Source: Nitrosopumilaceae archaeon (GTDB lineage: Archaea > Thermoproteota > Nitrososphaeria > Nitrososphaerales > Nitrosopumilaceae). From it: DNA of 64,000 nt. The notes beneath the pieces were generated by a model. The model made no database searches and was not told the DNA's origin. It was given only the letters and a program-made list of their open reading frames with translations. The DNA lies in assembly GCA_965208905.1 (NCBI GenBank), contig OZ242365.1:1632001-1696000 (forward strand). Reading direction: 5' to 3'. The stretch's first letter is position 1, and each line of letters starts with the position of its first letter. Of this stretch, positions 30,031-39,014 are shown in pieces. The position numbers were made by a program, and so were the translations under genes.

Positions 30031-30918
30031 TTACGTTAACTTACCGGTTCCCTTACGCTTTGCTCGGTCTAGTGGCTGAAGTTTAGAGCGTAGGATGTTC
30101 TCAAACTCATGGCGTTTTATACGTTCGGCTGCAAGCAGTTTGGTGGTTGAGTCTTCCAGGGGCAACACTTCCCAATGCCGTACCTCAAGATTGCGTTTCT
30201 CTGACACGCCAACCACCAACCATATAATGTCGCCCTCGTTAATGTCATGAGATGGTTTGTTGCTAGCTCCACCAACAGCCTCAAAAAAGTTCTCGTCCAT
30301 AGCCACGGCCATCTTGGTCCCCCATTGTCGTAGCATGGGAACCTTTGTTTGGAGTTGCGGCATGAGCCGCTTTGCGCCGGATGAGCGCCAGTCGGGGCGA
30401 CGGAGTCTGTTTGGATATGGTGGTTTGTTCTGATTATCCTGTTCAAGAATCTCAAACTCTATTGACATGTTAGGGCCTGAGAAGTAAACTGCTTGTATTT
30501 CCAATCCATACCACTTGGGTCCGTCCTTGCCATCGGCCAGCACTAAATCTATGAGGCCCGCCGCCTTGTTTGTTGTTGGCGACCGCATGAATGGCACCTC
30601 ACGCGCTATGAACGACTTTGACTTATCAAATTTCACCACGCTTGCTAGATGTTTTAGAATTGTATCATCCTGATCGAATCTCTGCGGGCATAATATGACC
30701 GGGCTTCCTACTGGCTTGCCTAGACGGTCACCGTCCTGTTCGTATTCTTGAAATGAACAGACGCCTCCCCTTTTCCCACAAGCAACACTACCAGCCTGAA
30801 ACGGGCACTTGGGCGGGGTTGCCTTCTGTGAAACAATTTTTGCCAGTTCTTGGCGACGTTTCGGAGGCATTACGGCGAACGGTTCCCCAAACCACTCCAT
30901 TATTCCATAGCGCGTCAT
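30031..30918 (-). CDS. NotI-family restriction endonuclease
   Basis: EWFG, CPF...C.KRGGVCS...CPQRF (Cys4), IDLVL...LEIQAVYFSG and RPDWRSSGAKRLMPQL. Confidence 0.85.
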   Translation of the reverse strand: MTRYGIMEWFGEPFAVMPPKRRQELAKIVSQKATPPKCPFQAGSVACGKRGGVCSFQEYEQDGDRLGKPVGSPVILCPQRFDQDDTILKHLASVVKFDKSKSFIAREVPFMRSPTTNKAAGLIDLVLADGKDGPKWYGLEIQAVYFSGPNMSIEFEILEQDNQNKPPYPNRLRRPDWRSSGAKRLMPQLQTKVPMLRQWGTKMAVAMDENFFEAVGGASNKPSHDINEGDIIWLVVGVSEKRNLEVRHWEVLPLEDSTTKLLAAERIKRHEFENILRSKLQPLDRAKRKGTGKLT

Positions 30919-31811
30919 TGGAACAATGGCTCCCTAGTTATCACAAGCTCCGGTATCGTGTTGTGGTGGGCGTTGTGCATGAACACACATACCGCATGGA
31001 ATCGATGTTCCCGCACGAGGTCGGCAATTTCGGGAGAGCAATCATAGGTCATGAGGAAGTTCATGTCCGAATCTGCCAGCAGGTCAAAGAGTCTCAGGTG
31101 GTCTATCTCACTATGGGCATACAGGCGACTACCCGCCCGTTTGCCCCCGGCGGTGTACGGCGGGTCTAGGAACAATGCCTCGTTATCGTTTCTGTGTACC
31201 AATGATTCGATAGTATGCATCCCGTCACCCTCCCGGAATACAATTCGGTCAGCATGGTTGGATATGTCGGACAAACGCCGGATCAATGTTTCTGGGTACC
31301 ATCTGGACTGTATTCCCTTTCCATTCTCCCCATGCTTCACAAACGACGCGCCCGGCGCCAATATGCCGGAGTTCCGTGTCCTGTTGAGTACCAGCGTCCT
31401 AAACCCACTGGTTTCTTGTAGCTCGATTGTGGACACATTCTCCAATGTGGGTTGAAACTGCGAGATAAACTGAATCAGGGCATCCGTACTATACAGGGCA
31501 TCCCGCCAGAATGCGGCCACGTCCCGATCAAGCTCTACCATGACGCAGTGTTCAACCAACCCCTCCATGATTGCGGTAAGCGGCACTATGCCGCCTCCAA
31601 CAAATGGATCCACCAACATGTGTGGTTTCGTCTTATCTAACCACTCTCGGATGTGTGGTATGAGCCACGTCTTCCCTCCCGGGTATCGTAGTGGACTTCG
31701 TTGTGGTATGGTGGAGACGTTGACGGCCGGAAACCGTGAGATCGGGAATTCCATGCTTATGGCCATACATATCTTCTTGGTGTTCCTTTTTTTAAGGTTT
31801 GACGGCCTCAT
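30915..31811 (-). CDS. DNA adenine methyltransferase (D12 class), partner of the NotI-like REase
   Basis: SPLRYPGGK, DPFVGGG and FLDPPY; ATGA overlap with the REase. Confidence 0.9.
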   Translation of the reverse strand: MRPSNLKKRNTKKICMAISMEFPISRFPAVNVSTIPQRSPLRYPGGKTWLIPHIREWLDKTKPHMLVDPFVGGGIVPLTAIMEGLVEHCVMVELDRDVAAFWRDALYSTDALIQFISQFQPTLENVSTIELQETSGFRTLVLNRTRNSGILAPGASFVKHGENGKGIQSRWYPETLIRRLSDISNHADRIVFREGDGMHTIESLVHRNDNEALFLDPPYTAGGKRAGSRLYAHSEIDHLRLFDLLADSDMNFLMTYDCSPEIADLVREHRFHAVCVFMHNAHHNTIPELVITREPLFQ

Positions 31812-32185
31812 TTTCTCTCTCGAATTGTGATACTCTGCTTCTCTGCCCGTACCTCGCGCTTGGCCCCATATTCTGTACGCTTATTGGGACTGAGTTTGTA
31901 TGGCACAGTCGAGATGGCGGACGGGTCTGACTTGGCGTCTATAATCCACCGCAGTTTGTCTCTGGCCCGAAATTCACACAGCCCAACCACTATCTCCTGT
32001 ATTATGGTCCGTAGCGAATTGGTTTGGTTGGACACGACCAGGTTCGTTTCTATCCACATAACTATCCAATAACATCGTTAGATAGATTTCAATTGGTAGG
32101 GGTTTTTGTCAGCGAAAATACACGGTATCACACCTTCGTCTGCACTTTCCCAGGCACGTGAGGCCACAATTTCTCCCCCACCCCG

Positions 32186-32248
32186 CAATTCTCCCCTTAA
32201 AAGGGACCGATACGTATCATGGCATGCGACTCGATATGTGCCGCGCGG
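32186..32248 (+). promoter_or_regulatory. TATA promoter + leader uORF, duplicated upstream of tnpB (60779-60841, minus strand)
   Basis: CCCCTTAAAAGGGACCGATACGTAT...ATGCrACTCGATATGTGCCGCGCGG at both loci. Confidence 0.75.
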
Positions 32249-32359
32249 TGGGTGATTGGTGATGGGCCGGCATGGCACGTGTGATAAGGGATGTGAGTTT
32301 GGTTTTTGGTGCGAGTTCTGCGATGGTGATATGCCAGAAGATGAAGATTGGGGGGATGA

Positions 32360-32518
32360 ATGATGAGTAATGGTGGAAATATGCGTAAAATCGCTAAACA
32401 GAATAAAAAGAAAGACAAGGTTAAGCAGAAATATAGTAGAGTTAACAATGTAGTGCCTGGTACGGGGAAACGGGGAAGGAAGCGTAAGCGAAAAGCCGTA
32501 GTGGGGAAGAGGATCTAA
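32360..32518 (+). CDS. 52-aa highly basic peptide
   Basis: MMSNGGNMRKIAKQNKKKDKVKQKYSRVNNVVPGTGKRGRKRKRKAVVGKRI*, read manually. Confidence 0.5.
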   Translation: MMSNGGNMRKIAKQNKKKDKVKQKYSRVNNVVPGTGKRGRKRKRKAVVGKRI

Positions 32519-32527
32519 TATGAGATT

Positions 32528-32599
32528 GGGTGTATGGTGTATGGAGCATAAGGCAGAGTACTATTCTGTCTGGTGTGGGTTCGATTCCCACTATATCCA
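32528..32599 (+). tRNA. tRNA-like gene 1 with extended anticodon stem (identity undetermined)
   Basis: Acceptor GGGTGTA/TATATCC+A; D stem GTGT/GCAT; stem AGGCAGA/TCTGTCT with loop GTACTAT; T arm GTGGG-TTCGATT-CCCAC. Confidence 0.7.
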
Positions 32600-32602
32600 C
32601 TT

Positions 32603-32677
32603 GGGCGCATGGTGTACGGTTGCACGATCTGACTCGGCTGTGTTAGATATGTTTGGGTTCGATTCCCGATGCGCCCA
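32603..32677 (+). tRNA. tRNA-like gene 2 with extended anticodon stem (identity undetermined)
   Basis: Acceptor GGGCGCA/TGCGCCC+A; D stem GTGT/GCAC; stem ATCTGAC/GTTAGAT with 8-nt loop; T arm TTGGG-TTCGATT-CCCGA. Confidence 0.75.
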
Positions 32678-32716
32678 TCATGACTTACTTGATGATAAAG
32701 GTTGGGGCGATGACGC

Positions 32717-32944
32717 ATGATGTGCCCTCTCCGTGATGCAGAAATACAATGTGTGTGGTGTGAGGATACCACAAGCATAACTCTATTCGTACACAGGGCA
32801 GATGACAACCGACAGTGGAGAGTAGGTAGTAAGTTTCATCGTACTGATGGAGAGGATGATGAGTGTGCTCCATGCCCACACTGCAAATGTTCGCAATTTC
32901 GGATTGTACGGTGGTTGGGAAAGGTGTATGAGGGGGCATACTAA
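32717..32944 (+). CDS. small zinc-finger protein
   Basis: CVWC and CPHC motifs; coupled to neighbouring micro-ORFs. Confidence 0.55.
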   Translation: MMCPLRDAEIQCVWCEDTTSITLFVHRADDNRQWRVGSKFHRTDGEDDECAPCPHCKCSQFRIVRWLGKVYEGAY

Positions 32945-33060
32945 TGTACAATCCCAAAAAATACAAGAAGTGCCCACTATGCGGTAAATTTGTGAAAAAG
33001 GATGGGCGATGCAAAGATGTCTTTTATGATGATGTAAGTGGGATGTGGGAGCATCTATGA
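32944..33060 (+). CDS. 38-aa CPxCG micro-protein
   Basis: MYNPKKYKKCPLCGKFVKKDGRC...; TAATG overlap. Confidence 0.5.
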   Translation: MYNPKKYKKCPLCGKFVKKDGRCKDVFYDDVSGMWEHL

Positions 33061-33224
33061 AATGTGTACAAAAGTCTAGGCGGAGTATAAAAAATGAGAA
33101 ATGAACGACACTGCCAATGTACAAGTAACATGGACGAAACATGCAATTCGCCAAACTACCATAACCGTAAAAAGAAAGTACTGCCGCCCAGTCCAAGGCG
33201 GTGTGGTTATTTTAGGGGGGTTGA

Positions 33225-33560
33225 ATGATGGGACGTAACGGTAAATCAACACTGTCTAGGAAGGATTTACTCAATAAGTATGGGATAAGTTACAAAGATG
33301 TTACAAATCTGGCGGCTAAAATACGTCTTCATTGGAGTTTGTCTTACCAATTTTATAACCCAGTTGTTGGTGGCAGGAGAGTTGGTTCTAAATTACAGTT
33401 AGATATATTGGCTGACATACCAGATCATAATTCTTCATTCAGTTTCTTATTTTCGTTAAGAGGTAAAGAATCACCGAACGTGATGTCAACGTATCGCACT
33501 AGGTTATATGAGATGTTGAGTGATATGGATGATCGACTTATGGAGGTATTGTCAAGATGA
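33225..33560 (+). CDS. hypothetical protein
   Basis: 111 aa AT-rich ORF within the micro-ORF run. Confidence 0.5.
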   Translation: MMGRNGKSTLSRKDLLNKYGISYKDVTNLAAKIRLHWSLSYQFYNPVVGGRRVGSKLQLDILADIPDHNSSFSFLFSLRGKESPNVMSTYRTRLYEMLSDMDDRLMEVLSR

Positions 33561-33774
33561 TACCCGGTTTTGGGTGTGGCGCATGGATAAGGAAATGCTA
33601 GAGCGAAACAATATGCACCCAGAACCCTGGATAAGGTGTACAAAGTGCCAACAAAATGAGTATGTGGTGGCAGAGAAATATGAAAGTAGGATGGATTGTC
33701 ATGACCCAACATATGAAACCAAATACATAGTGCATTGTCTTTGGTGTGGTGAAGAGTTGGGAGGCCACACATAA
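33520..33774 (+). CDS. small zinc-ribbon protein
   Basis: CTKC...CLWCG; true start may be later (MDKEML). Confidence 0.5.
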   Translation: MIWMIDLWRYCQDDTRFWVWRMDKEMLERNNMHPEPWIRCTKCQQNEYVVAEKYESRMDCHDPTYETKYIVHCLWCGEELGGHT

Positions 33775-33998
33775 TGGCAGACCTGGACACAGTAATCAAT
33801 GATCTGTCAAAAGAGATGGCGCGTTATGCACTACATATTGTGGAGCGTGGTCCCTGTATTGTAATAAGACTGTCTGCGGAAGAGCGAAAGAAAGTAGATG
33901 ACATATGCGCAGAGAGTCATGTAACCATACAAGACCACCTAAATGAGTATATCCGAGTTATCTTTCTGGATAGGGAGATATCAGAGGATAAGAAATGA
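33774..33998 (+). CDS. small protein, possible ribbon-helix-helix regulator
   Basis: IVIRLSAEERKKVDDICAESHVTIQDHLNEYI has an RHH-like pattern; TAATG overlap. Confidence 0.45.
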   Translation: MADLDTVINDLSKEMARYALHIVERGPCIVIRLSAEERKKVDDICAESHVTIQDHLNEYIRVIFLDREISEDKK

Positions 33999-34190
33999 CA
34001 CATTATTGTTCATGCTGTGAGGGGCTGGGAAGAAATGCCGACCTAGGGAAAGTGTTGACCCGGACTGGAAACGCTGGTCTTGTACGATCAGGCGTGCGGC
34101 GTCGTACGAGGTCAAAATACTGGGCTGAAAATGGGCCAGACCGGCGTCAACCCACATCCACGCTTTTAAACCACCGTTCCGTTGCCCAGC

Positions 34191-35108
34191 ATGGAATGCA
34201 CCCATACAGAGACGGTAACCGACCTTGAGCGTGGTGAGGTCATCTGCAGTATGTGCGGTGAGGTAATTACACACTCGATACCGGATTTGACCCAGCCTGA
34301 TCAACACTATACGTCAGAGGAGTATGCGAAGCACGCACAGAACGGTCCCTCCACGTCATTGGCGATGTATGATAAGGGGCTTTCCACGATTATCGGCTCC
34401 AACCGGGACTCTGCGGGAAATACGCTCCCGGTAGAATCAAAGCACGACTTTACCCGGCTACGCAGGTGGGATTCGCGAAGCAAGTCCCGCTCGACCGCCT
34501 CACTGGGCAAGGCCTTCATACTATTATCTTCGATAAAAACCAAACTAACCATACCGGATCATGTGGTAGAGAGGGCCGCCATAATATACCGCAAGGCAGT
34601 AAGTGCAAAACTCACCCGGGGTAGAACCATATCTTCTCTATTAACAGCATCACTATACATCGCCTGCCGTGAGAGTGGCACGCCCCGCACACTTCTTGAT
34701 CTCTCTACTGCAGCAAACATAGACAAAAGGATACTCTACAGGGACTTGGCTACCATCACCAAGAAGTTCAATATACAGCTGGAACAATACGACACATCCT
34801 CCTTTGTCGTAAAGATATCCAACAACCTAAAACTCACCGAAAGGACCAAGCGTATCGCACTGGACACACTGCTGTATATGCAAGAGAATGCGCATACCTC
34901 CGGCAGGCGTCCGATGGCGTTGGCTGCCGGATTGGTATATGCAGCCGCACTGCTTACCGGAGAGAGTTTGACACAAAAGGCGCTCTCTTGGCATACTGGG
35001 ATCAGTGAGGTGACTTTACGAAAGACATGGAGTGTCATACGGGACCTGCACGGCATACCCGGCATGCCGGTGGCTGAGATGGCCGGCACATCTGCTGCCA
35101 AAAAATAG
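34191..35108 (+). CDS. tfb: transcription initiation factor IIB paralog 1
   Basis: Zn ribbon CTH...TDLERGEVICSMCG, DKGLSTII, two cyclin repeats (RGRTI..ASLYIACR; SGRRP...ISEVTLRK); TTTAAA box upstream. Confidence 0.92.
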   Translation: MECTHTETVTDLERGEVICSMCGEVITHSIPDLTQPDQHYTSEEYAKHAQNGPSTSLAMYDKGLSTIIGSNRDSAGNTLPVESKHDFTRLRRWDSRSKSRSTASLGKAFILLSSIKTKLTIPDHVVERAAIIYRKAVSAKLTRGRTISSLLTASLYIACRESGTPRTLLDLSTAANIDKRILYRDLATITKKFNIQLEQYDTSSFVVKISNNLKLTERTKRIALDTLLYMQENAHTSGRRPMALAAGLVYAAALLTGESLTQKALSWHTGISEVTLRKTWSVIRDLHGIPGMPVAEMAGTSAAKK

Positions 35109-35228
35109 CACGCTCTTTGTCCTCCCACACTTCAATGGAATAGGACTTTCACCCTTTATCTTGCCTGTAAGCATTCAATGTGAATTCCCATATGGTGTGT
35201 TAAACGGCATGGATGCAAAAAAGACCGC

Positions 35229-36356
35229 ATGAAGGAGTATCATCCAACATGTGTGGAGCTGTGCGCCGGAGCAGGTGGTATGGCATTGGGATTGGAGATG
35301 GCAGGATGGCAGCATATTCTGCTGGTGGAGCGCAACATGGATGCGGCGCGTACCATAAAACAGAACAACCCCCAATGGCCGGTAGTATGCGCGGATCTGA
35401 CGGGCTTGGATGCGGGCCGCATACCACACTGCGACATGGTGTGCGGGGGCCCGCCCTGCCAGCCGTTCTCGACTGCGGGGATGCGCAGAGGCAAGCAAGA
35501 CAAGCGTGATGTGTTTATGCCTGCCCTGAAACTGGCAATATCATTGCGGCCATCAGTCATATTGTTTGAGAATGTGATGGGGCTTTTACACAGACAGCAC
35601 GCGCCATATCGGGCATCTCTGGAGCGTGTTGTGTGTAATGCGGGATATGCCGTGCGTTGGATACGAATAGATTGCTCGGATTACGGGGTACCACAGCGCC
35701 GACGGCGCGTGATATTTGTGGCCGCCCGCATACCCCCGTTGACCGAGTGGCCGCCGCTACCTTCCCGTGTAGACTACCCATCACTGCGCGACACATTGAT
35801 AGCTTCGGGGATGCCACCCTCTATGGTGCCGCGGCAGTTGTCATGTAGTGTGAGTCCTACCATAACAGGTGGGGGACGTAGCTTGAATAACGGCACAAAA
35901 AGCAGAAAGATGTGGGAATCACTAGGTATAGAATCCAATTCACTTGATGTATGCGCCCCAACAATAGTTGGTGGGGGGAACGGTCATGGTACATATAATT
36001 GCGGATCAGACCAGAGGCGCCAATGGGCCCGCCTGGGTGTGGATGCGCGGTCAGCCGAGCTGCTCACACCAACAATAATGGGAGGTCATAGCACATGCGC
36101 CAGATCCAATACGGCCGTTACCACATACCGTATGATGGGTCTGGACCCGCGGTGCGCCGAAGGTGGGGAGCCGCATGAGGGGCTGGTGCGCCTCTCCATG
36201 CGCAATGTGGCCGCCATCCAGGGGTTTCCCACACATTATGAGTTCTCTGGGAAAAAGGGGTCTCAATATCAGCAGATTGGCAATGCATTTCCGGCGCCGG
36301 CGGCCAAGCAGCTGGGTAAGTGGGCCCGGAACCTGCTGTCTTGTCCTAGCCCCTAG
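35229..36356 (+). CDS. dcm: orphan DNA cytosine-5 methyltransferase with triplicated TRD motif
   Basis: ELCAGAGG, GGPPCQPFS, FENVMG, PQRRRR and QIGNAFP. Confidence 0.92.
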   Translation: MKEYHPTCVELCAGAGGMALGLEMAGWQHILLVERNMDAARTIKQNNPQWPVVCADLTGLDAGRIPHCDMVCGGPPCQPFSTAGMRRGKQDKRDVFMPALKLAISLRPSVILFENVMGLLHRQHAPYRASLERVVCNAGYAVRWIRIDCSDYGVPQRRRRVIFVAARIPPLTEWPPLPSRVDYPSLRDTLIASGMPPSMVPRQLSCSVSPTITGGGRSLNNGTKSRKMWESLGIESNSLDVCAPTIVGGGNGHGTYNCGSDQRRQWARLGVDARSAELLTPTIMGGHSTCARSNTAVTTYRMMGLDPRCAEGGEPHEGLVRLSMRNVAAIQGFPTHYEFSGKKGSQYQQIGNAFPAPAAKQLGKWARNLLSCPSP

Positions 36357-37275
36357 GCTTCCTGTATTTAGTGGGATGTATTGCATTGCATCCCGGACAC
36401 AGGTGGTTCCGTTCCACCCACCGACATCCCGGCACCTTGTATTGTACAGCACGTATCTGTCGTACCTGGTATTTTGTTATCCGGGGATTAAAGTCGGGGG
36501 CGCCGGTGAACATGTCGTTTATTGTATCATCATCAAGGCCGGTATGTATCGCATATGTGGCTACCAACAGACGCCCCGAATGAGACAGATTCTCACCCCT
36601 GTTCATCGTTGCGCGGGCCTGTGCCACACACGGAGGCTCATCGCCAACATCTATCATGGGCGCCTGCTGCTCACACCATTGTTGTACGTCTGACGGCACC
36701 TGTACTGTATCCGGCATGTTCTGTATGTTCATTATGCGGTTTCTTATGTATGCGGCAGCCGAGTCCCGTATCAGACGCACGTAGTCGCGTTTGCCCAGAT
36801 GCACGAGTCCGCCGTACACGTCCTGGTTTACCAGCTTCCATGATACACCAAGTCCAACGGCCAGATGTATGTAGTCGGGAACGGGTATCGTGTATAGGGC
36901 GCCGTCCCTGCCCGGCTTTATGCCAGCCACCTCCCCGAATACCGCGCCGGTCAGCTGCGCATCATCATACATTAAATGCGAGGCATATACGGCCTCGTTA
37001 TGCGCAAACCTTCCCACCAGGCGCCTGTTTCCCGTCTTTTTGCACATCATGGCCGCCACCAAAAATGACAGGGTGCCCTCGGGTTCCATATACTTGTGAT
37101 TATACATTATGCTGCTTATCGGGAGGCCTTTACTCCATGCATCCCACCGTGCAGTGGCCGGGTGCATCCCGTCCAGAGCGGCGCGTATCCTGTCCGCCCC
37201 CGTCCTTAGGGACTCTTTGGGTATGTCCTGCATGTTGCGTACATGCTCGGCGGCCTCGGGCATCCAGTGTATCAT
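36346..37275 (-). CDS. priL: DNA primase large subunit (PriL-like, Fe-S domain)
   Basis: WKLVNQ, PPC...GENLSHSGR, PDFN.RIT.YQV and Y..PGC...LCPGC..IHP. Confidence 0.85.
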   Translation of the reverse strand: MIHWMPEAAEHVRNMQDIPKESLRTGADRIRAALDGMHPATARWDAWSKGLPISSIMYNHKYMEPEGTLSFLVAAMMCKKTGNRRLVGRFAHNEAVYASHLMYDDAQLTGAVFGEVAGIKPGRDGALYTIPVPDYIHLAVGLGVSWKLVNQDVYGGLVHLGKRDYVRLIRDSAAAYIRNRIMNIQNMPDTVQVPSDVQQWCEQQAPMIDVGDEPPCVAQARATMNRGENLSHSGRLLVATYAIHTGLDDDTINDMFTGAPDFNPRITKYQVRQIRAVQYKVPGCRWVERNHLCPGCNAIHPTKYRKPRG

Positions 37276-37375
37276 GCTGTTTTACTCATCCATATCTTAA
37301 AAGGGGAAATGTTCAGTCCAGCCGTCATCTACAGAAACGCGGTAGTCAGGGATGCGCAGCAAAAGCACGGCAGCG

Positions 37376-38110
37376 CTAAAACTCTTGGACTATCTTTGGT
37401 TTGGGATACTCATCATATATGCGGCCATCAATCATGCGGCCACCACTATTTGGGCGTATCCCACCCCACTGCTTGAAGAATACGGGTACGTTCTGCTCCC
37501 TGCACTGACGTATTATGTTTAGAATCCATTCCTTCCGTACCGGCCTGTAGTGTGCACCACTCTCGCCGCCTATGATGCACCAATGTATGCCGCTCAGGTC
37601 TAACTCCCCCACGTCTCCCAGTAGTGGCTCGAAACTAATGAACCGTACATGGCAGTTTACATTGCGCAGCTCATCCAGGCGGTGCATGTTGTCTGCATTC
37701 TCTATACTCGTACCCATCCATATGTGGGGCGGTATTATGTGCGCATTTGACCATTCCGCCATTATGTGGGGTCGCTTTGTCAGTATCTGGTATGTGTGCC
37801 AGTCGGCCTCACACATCACGTCAAAGACCTTCTCCAAAAAGCCCGGCGTCGCCCTTCCGTAAAACAGATCAGACATCGAATTGACAAATATCATACGTGG
37901 CTTCCTCCAGCGCAGTGGTATGTCCAGCGCGTCCTCGTGCTCCGTGTATCTAAACTCATTACGATACTTCTTTAGTCCCTGCGCATGCAGACGTTTTGCC
38001 ATTGTTTCCGCATAGCAGTTCCTACAGCCCTCGGATACCTTTGCGCAACCGGTGGTCGGATTCCAGGTGGCCTCGGTCCACTCTATGCCTGTCATCGTCT
38101 CCTCCTGCAC
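37376..38110 (-). CDS. phage Gp37/Gp68 family (DUF5131) protein
   Basis: IEWTEATWNPTTGCAKVSEGCRNCYAE, FVNSMSDLF, ILTKRP, SFEPLL, GGESG and FFKQWGG. Confidence 0.92.
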   Translation of the reverse strand: MQEETMTGIEWTEATWNPTTGCAKVSEGCRNCYAETMAKRLHAQGLKKYRNEFRYTEHEDALDIPLRWRKPRMIFVNSMSDLFYGRATPGFLEKVFDVMCEADWHTYQILTKRPHIMAEWSNAHIIPPHIWMGTSIENADNMHRLDELRNVNCHVRFISFEPLLGDVGELDLSGIHWCIIGGESGAHYRPVRKEWILNIIRQCREQNVPVFFKQWGGIRPNSGGRMIDGRIYDEYPKPKIVQEF

Positions 38111-38916
38111 ATCAGGTGCTGAAGGTCGGGGAACATTTCCAGTATATCTCGGATCCTGCTGCGGACTGTTGCGGCGGTGACTCCGGCACTCTCGGCCAGT
38201 TCACCCTGTGTTATGTTGATGCCTGTCTCACATGCGGCCAGATATATTGAAGCGGCGGCCATTCCCACCTGGCTCCTGCCGGCCGTAATCCTACTGTCAT
38301 GCGCATGATACAGTATGTTTATCGCCCGGCGCTTGGTCTTTTCGGGTAGATTCATTGTGTTGCATATGCGCGTTACATACGGGGCCGGGTCACACTGTTG
38401 TATCCGTATATCCAGTCGTGCAACAATCTGTTTGTATGTCCTATACACCACCTTCTCCTTTGTATTTGATACAGTTATGATGTCTGATACGGTGCGGGTT
38501 ATGCCGCTCTCCCTGCACGCTATGTACAGCGCCGCGGATGCCACTGTTCGCCCGACTGTTATCTTTTTGTCTGCGGCCTGCCGGTATATTGTGGCGGCCC
38601 ACTCCACCACATGATCCGGAATCCCGAGTTTCCCCTTTACTGTGTGTAGTAGTGTGAGCGGTTTGAGCATCTTGGCATCCATTTTGCTCCGTGAATCCCA
38701 TTTGCGCATACGGTTAAAGTCGTGTTTTGATTTTGGTGAAAGTTCCCTACCTGCCGAGTCCCTGTTTATACCCATGGTCGCCGACAAGCCCCGGTCATAC
38801 GTTACAATGGGCGTAGATTGTGCAGGAAGAGAATCGGATATTACCTCGCCGCACGTACTGCAGATGACCTCACCACGCTCAAGGTCGGTTACCGTCTCTG
38901 TGTGGGTGCATTCCAT
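38092..38916 (-). CDS. tfb: transcription initiation factor IIB paralog 2
   Basis: Same N-terminal Zn ribbon as paralog 1; cyclin repeats AALYIACR and AGRSQVGMAAASIYLA...TVRSR. Confidence 0.92.
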   Translation of the reverse strand: MECTHTETVTDLERGEVICSTCGEVISDSLPAQSTPIVTYDRGLSATMGINRDSAGRELSPKSKHDFNRMRKWDSRSKMDAKMLKPLTLLHTVKGKLGIPDHVVEWAATIYRQAADKKITVGRTVASAALYIACRESGITRTVSDIITVSNTKEKVVYRTYKQIVARLDIRIQQCDPAPYVTRICNTMNLPEKTKRRAINILYHAHDSRITAGRSQVGMAAASIYLAACETGINITQGELAESAGVTAATVRSRIRDILEMFPDLQHLMCRRRR

Positions 38917-39014
38917 GCCGTGCAACGGAACGGTTGCATAAAAAGGCGGATATGGGTTGGGAATAAGTAGGGCGGGTCTATTTCCACCGCAGACGTACAA
39001 TTACACGATTCTTC

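Noticed and set aside
32520-32720. 66-aa ORF over the tRNA-like genes
   Set aside because: The repeated GFDS arises from the two T-loops; the cloverleaf explanation is stronger.
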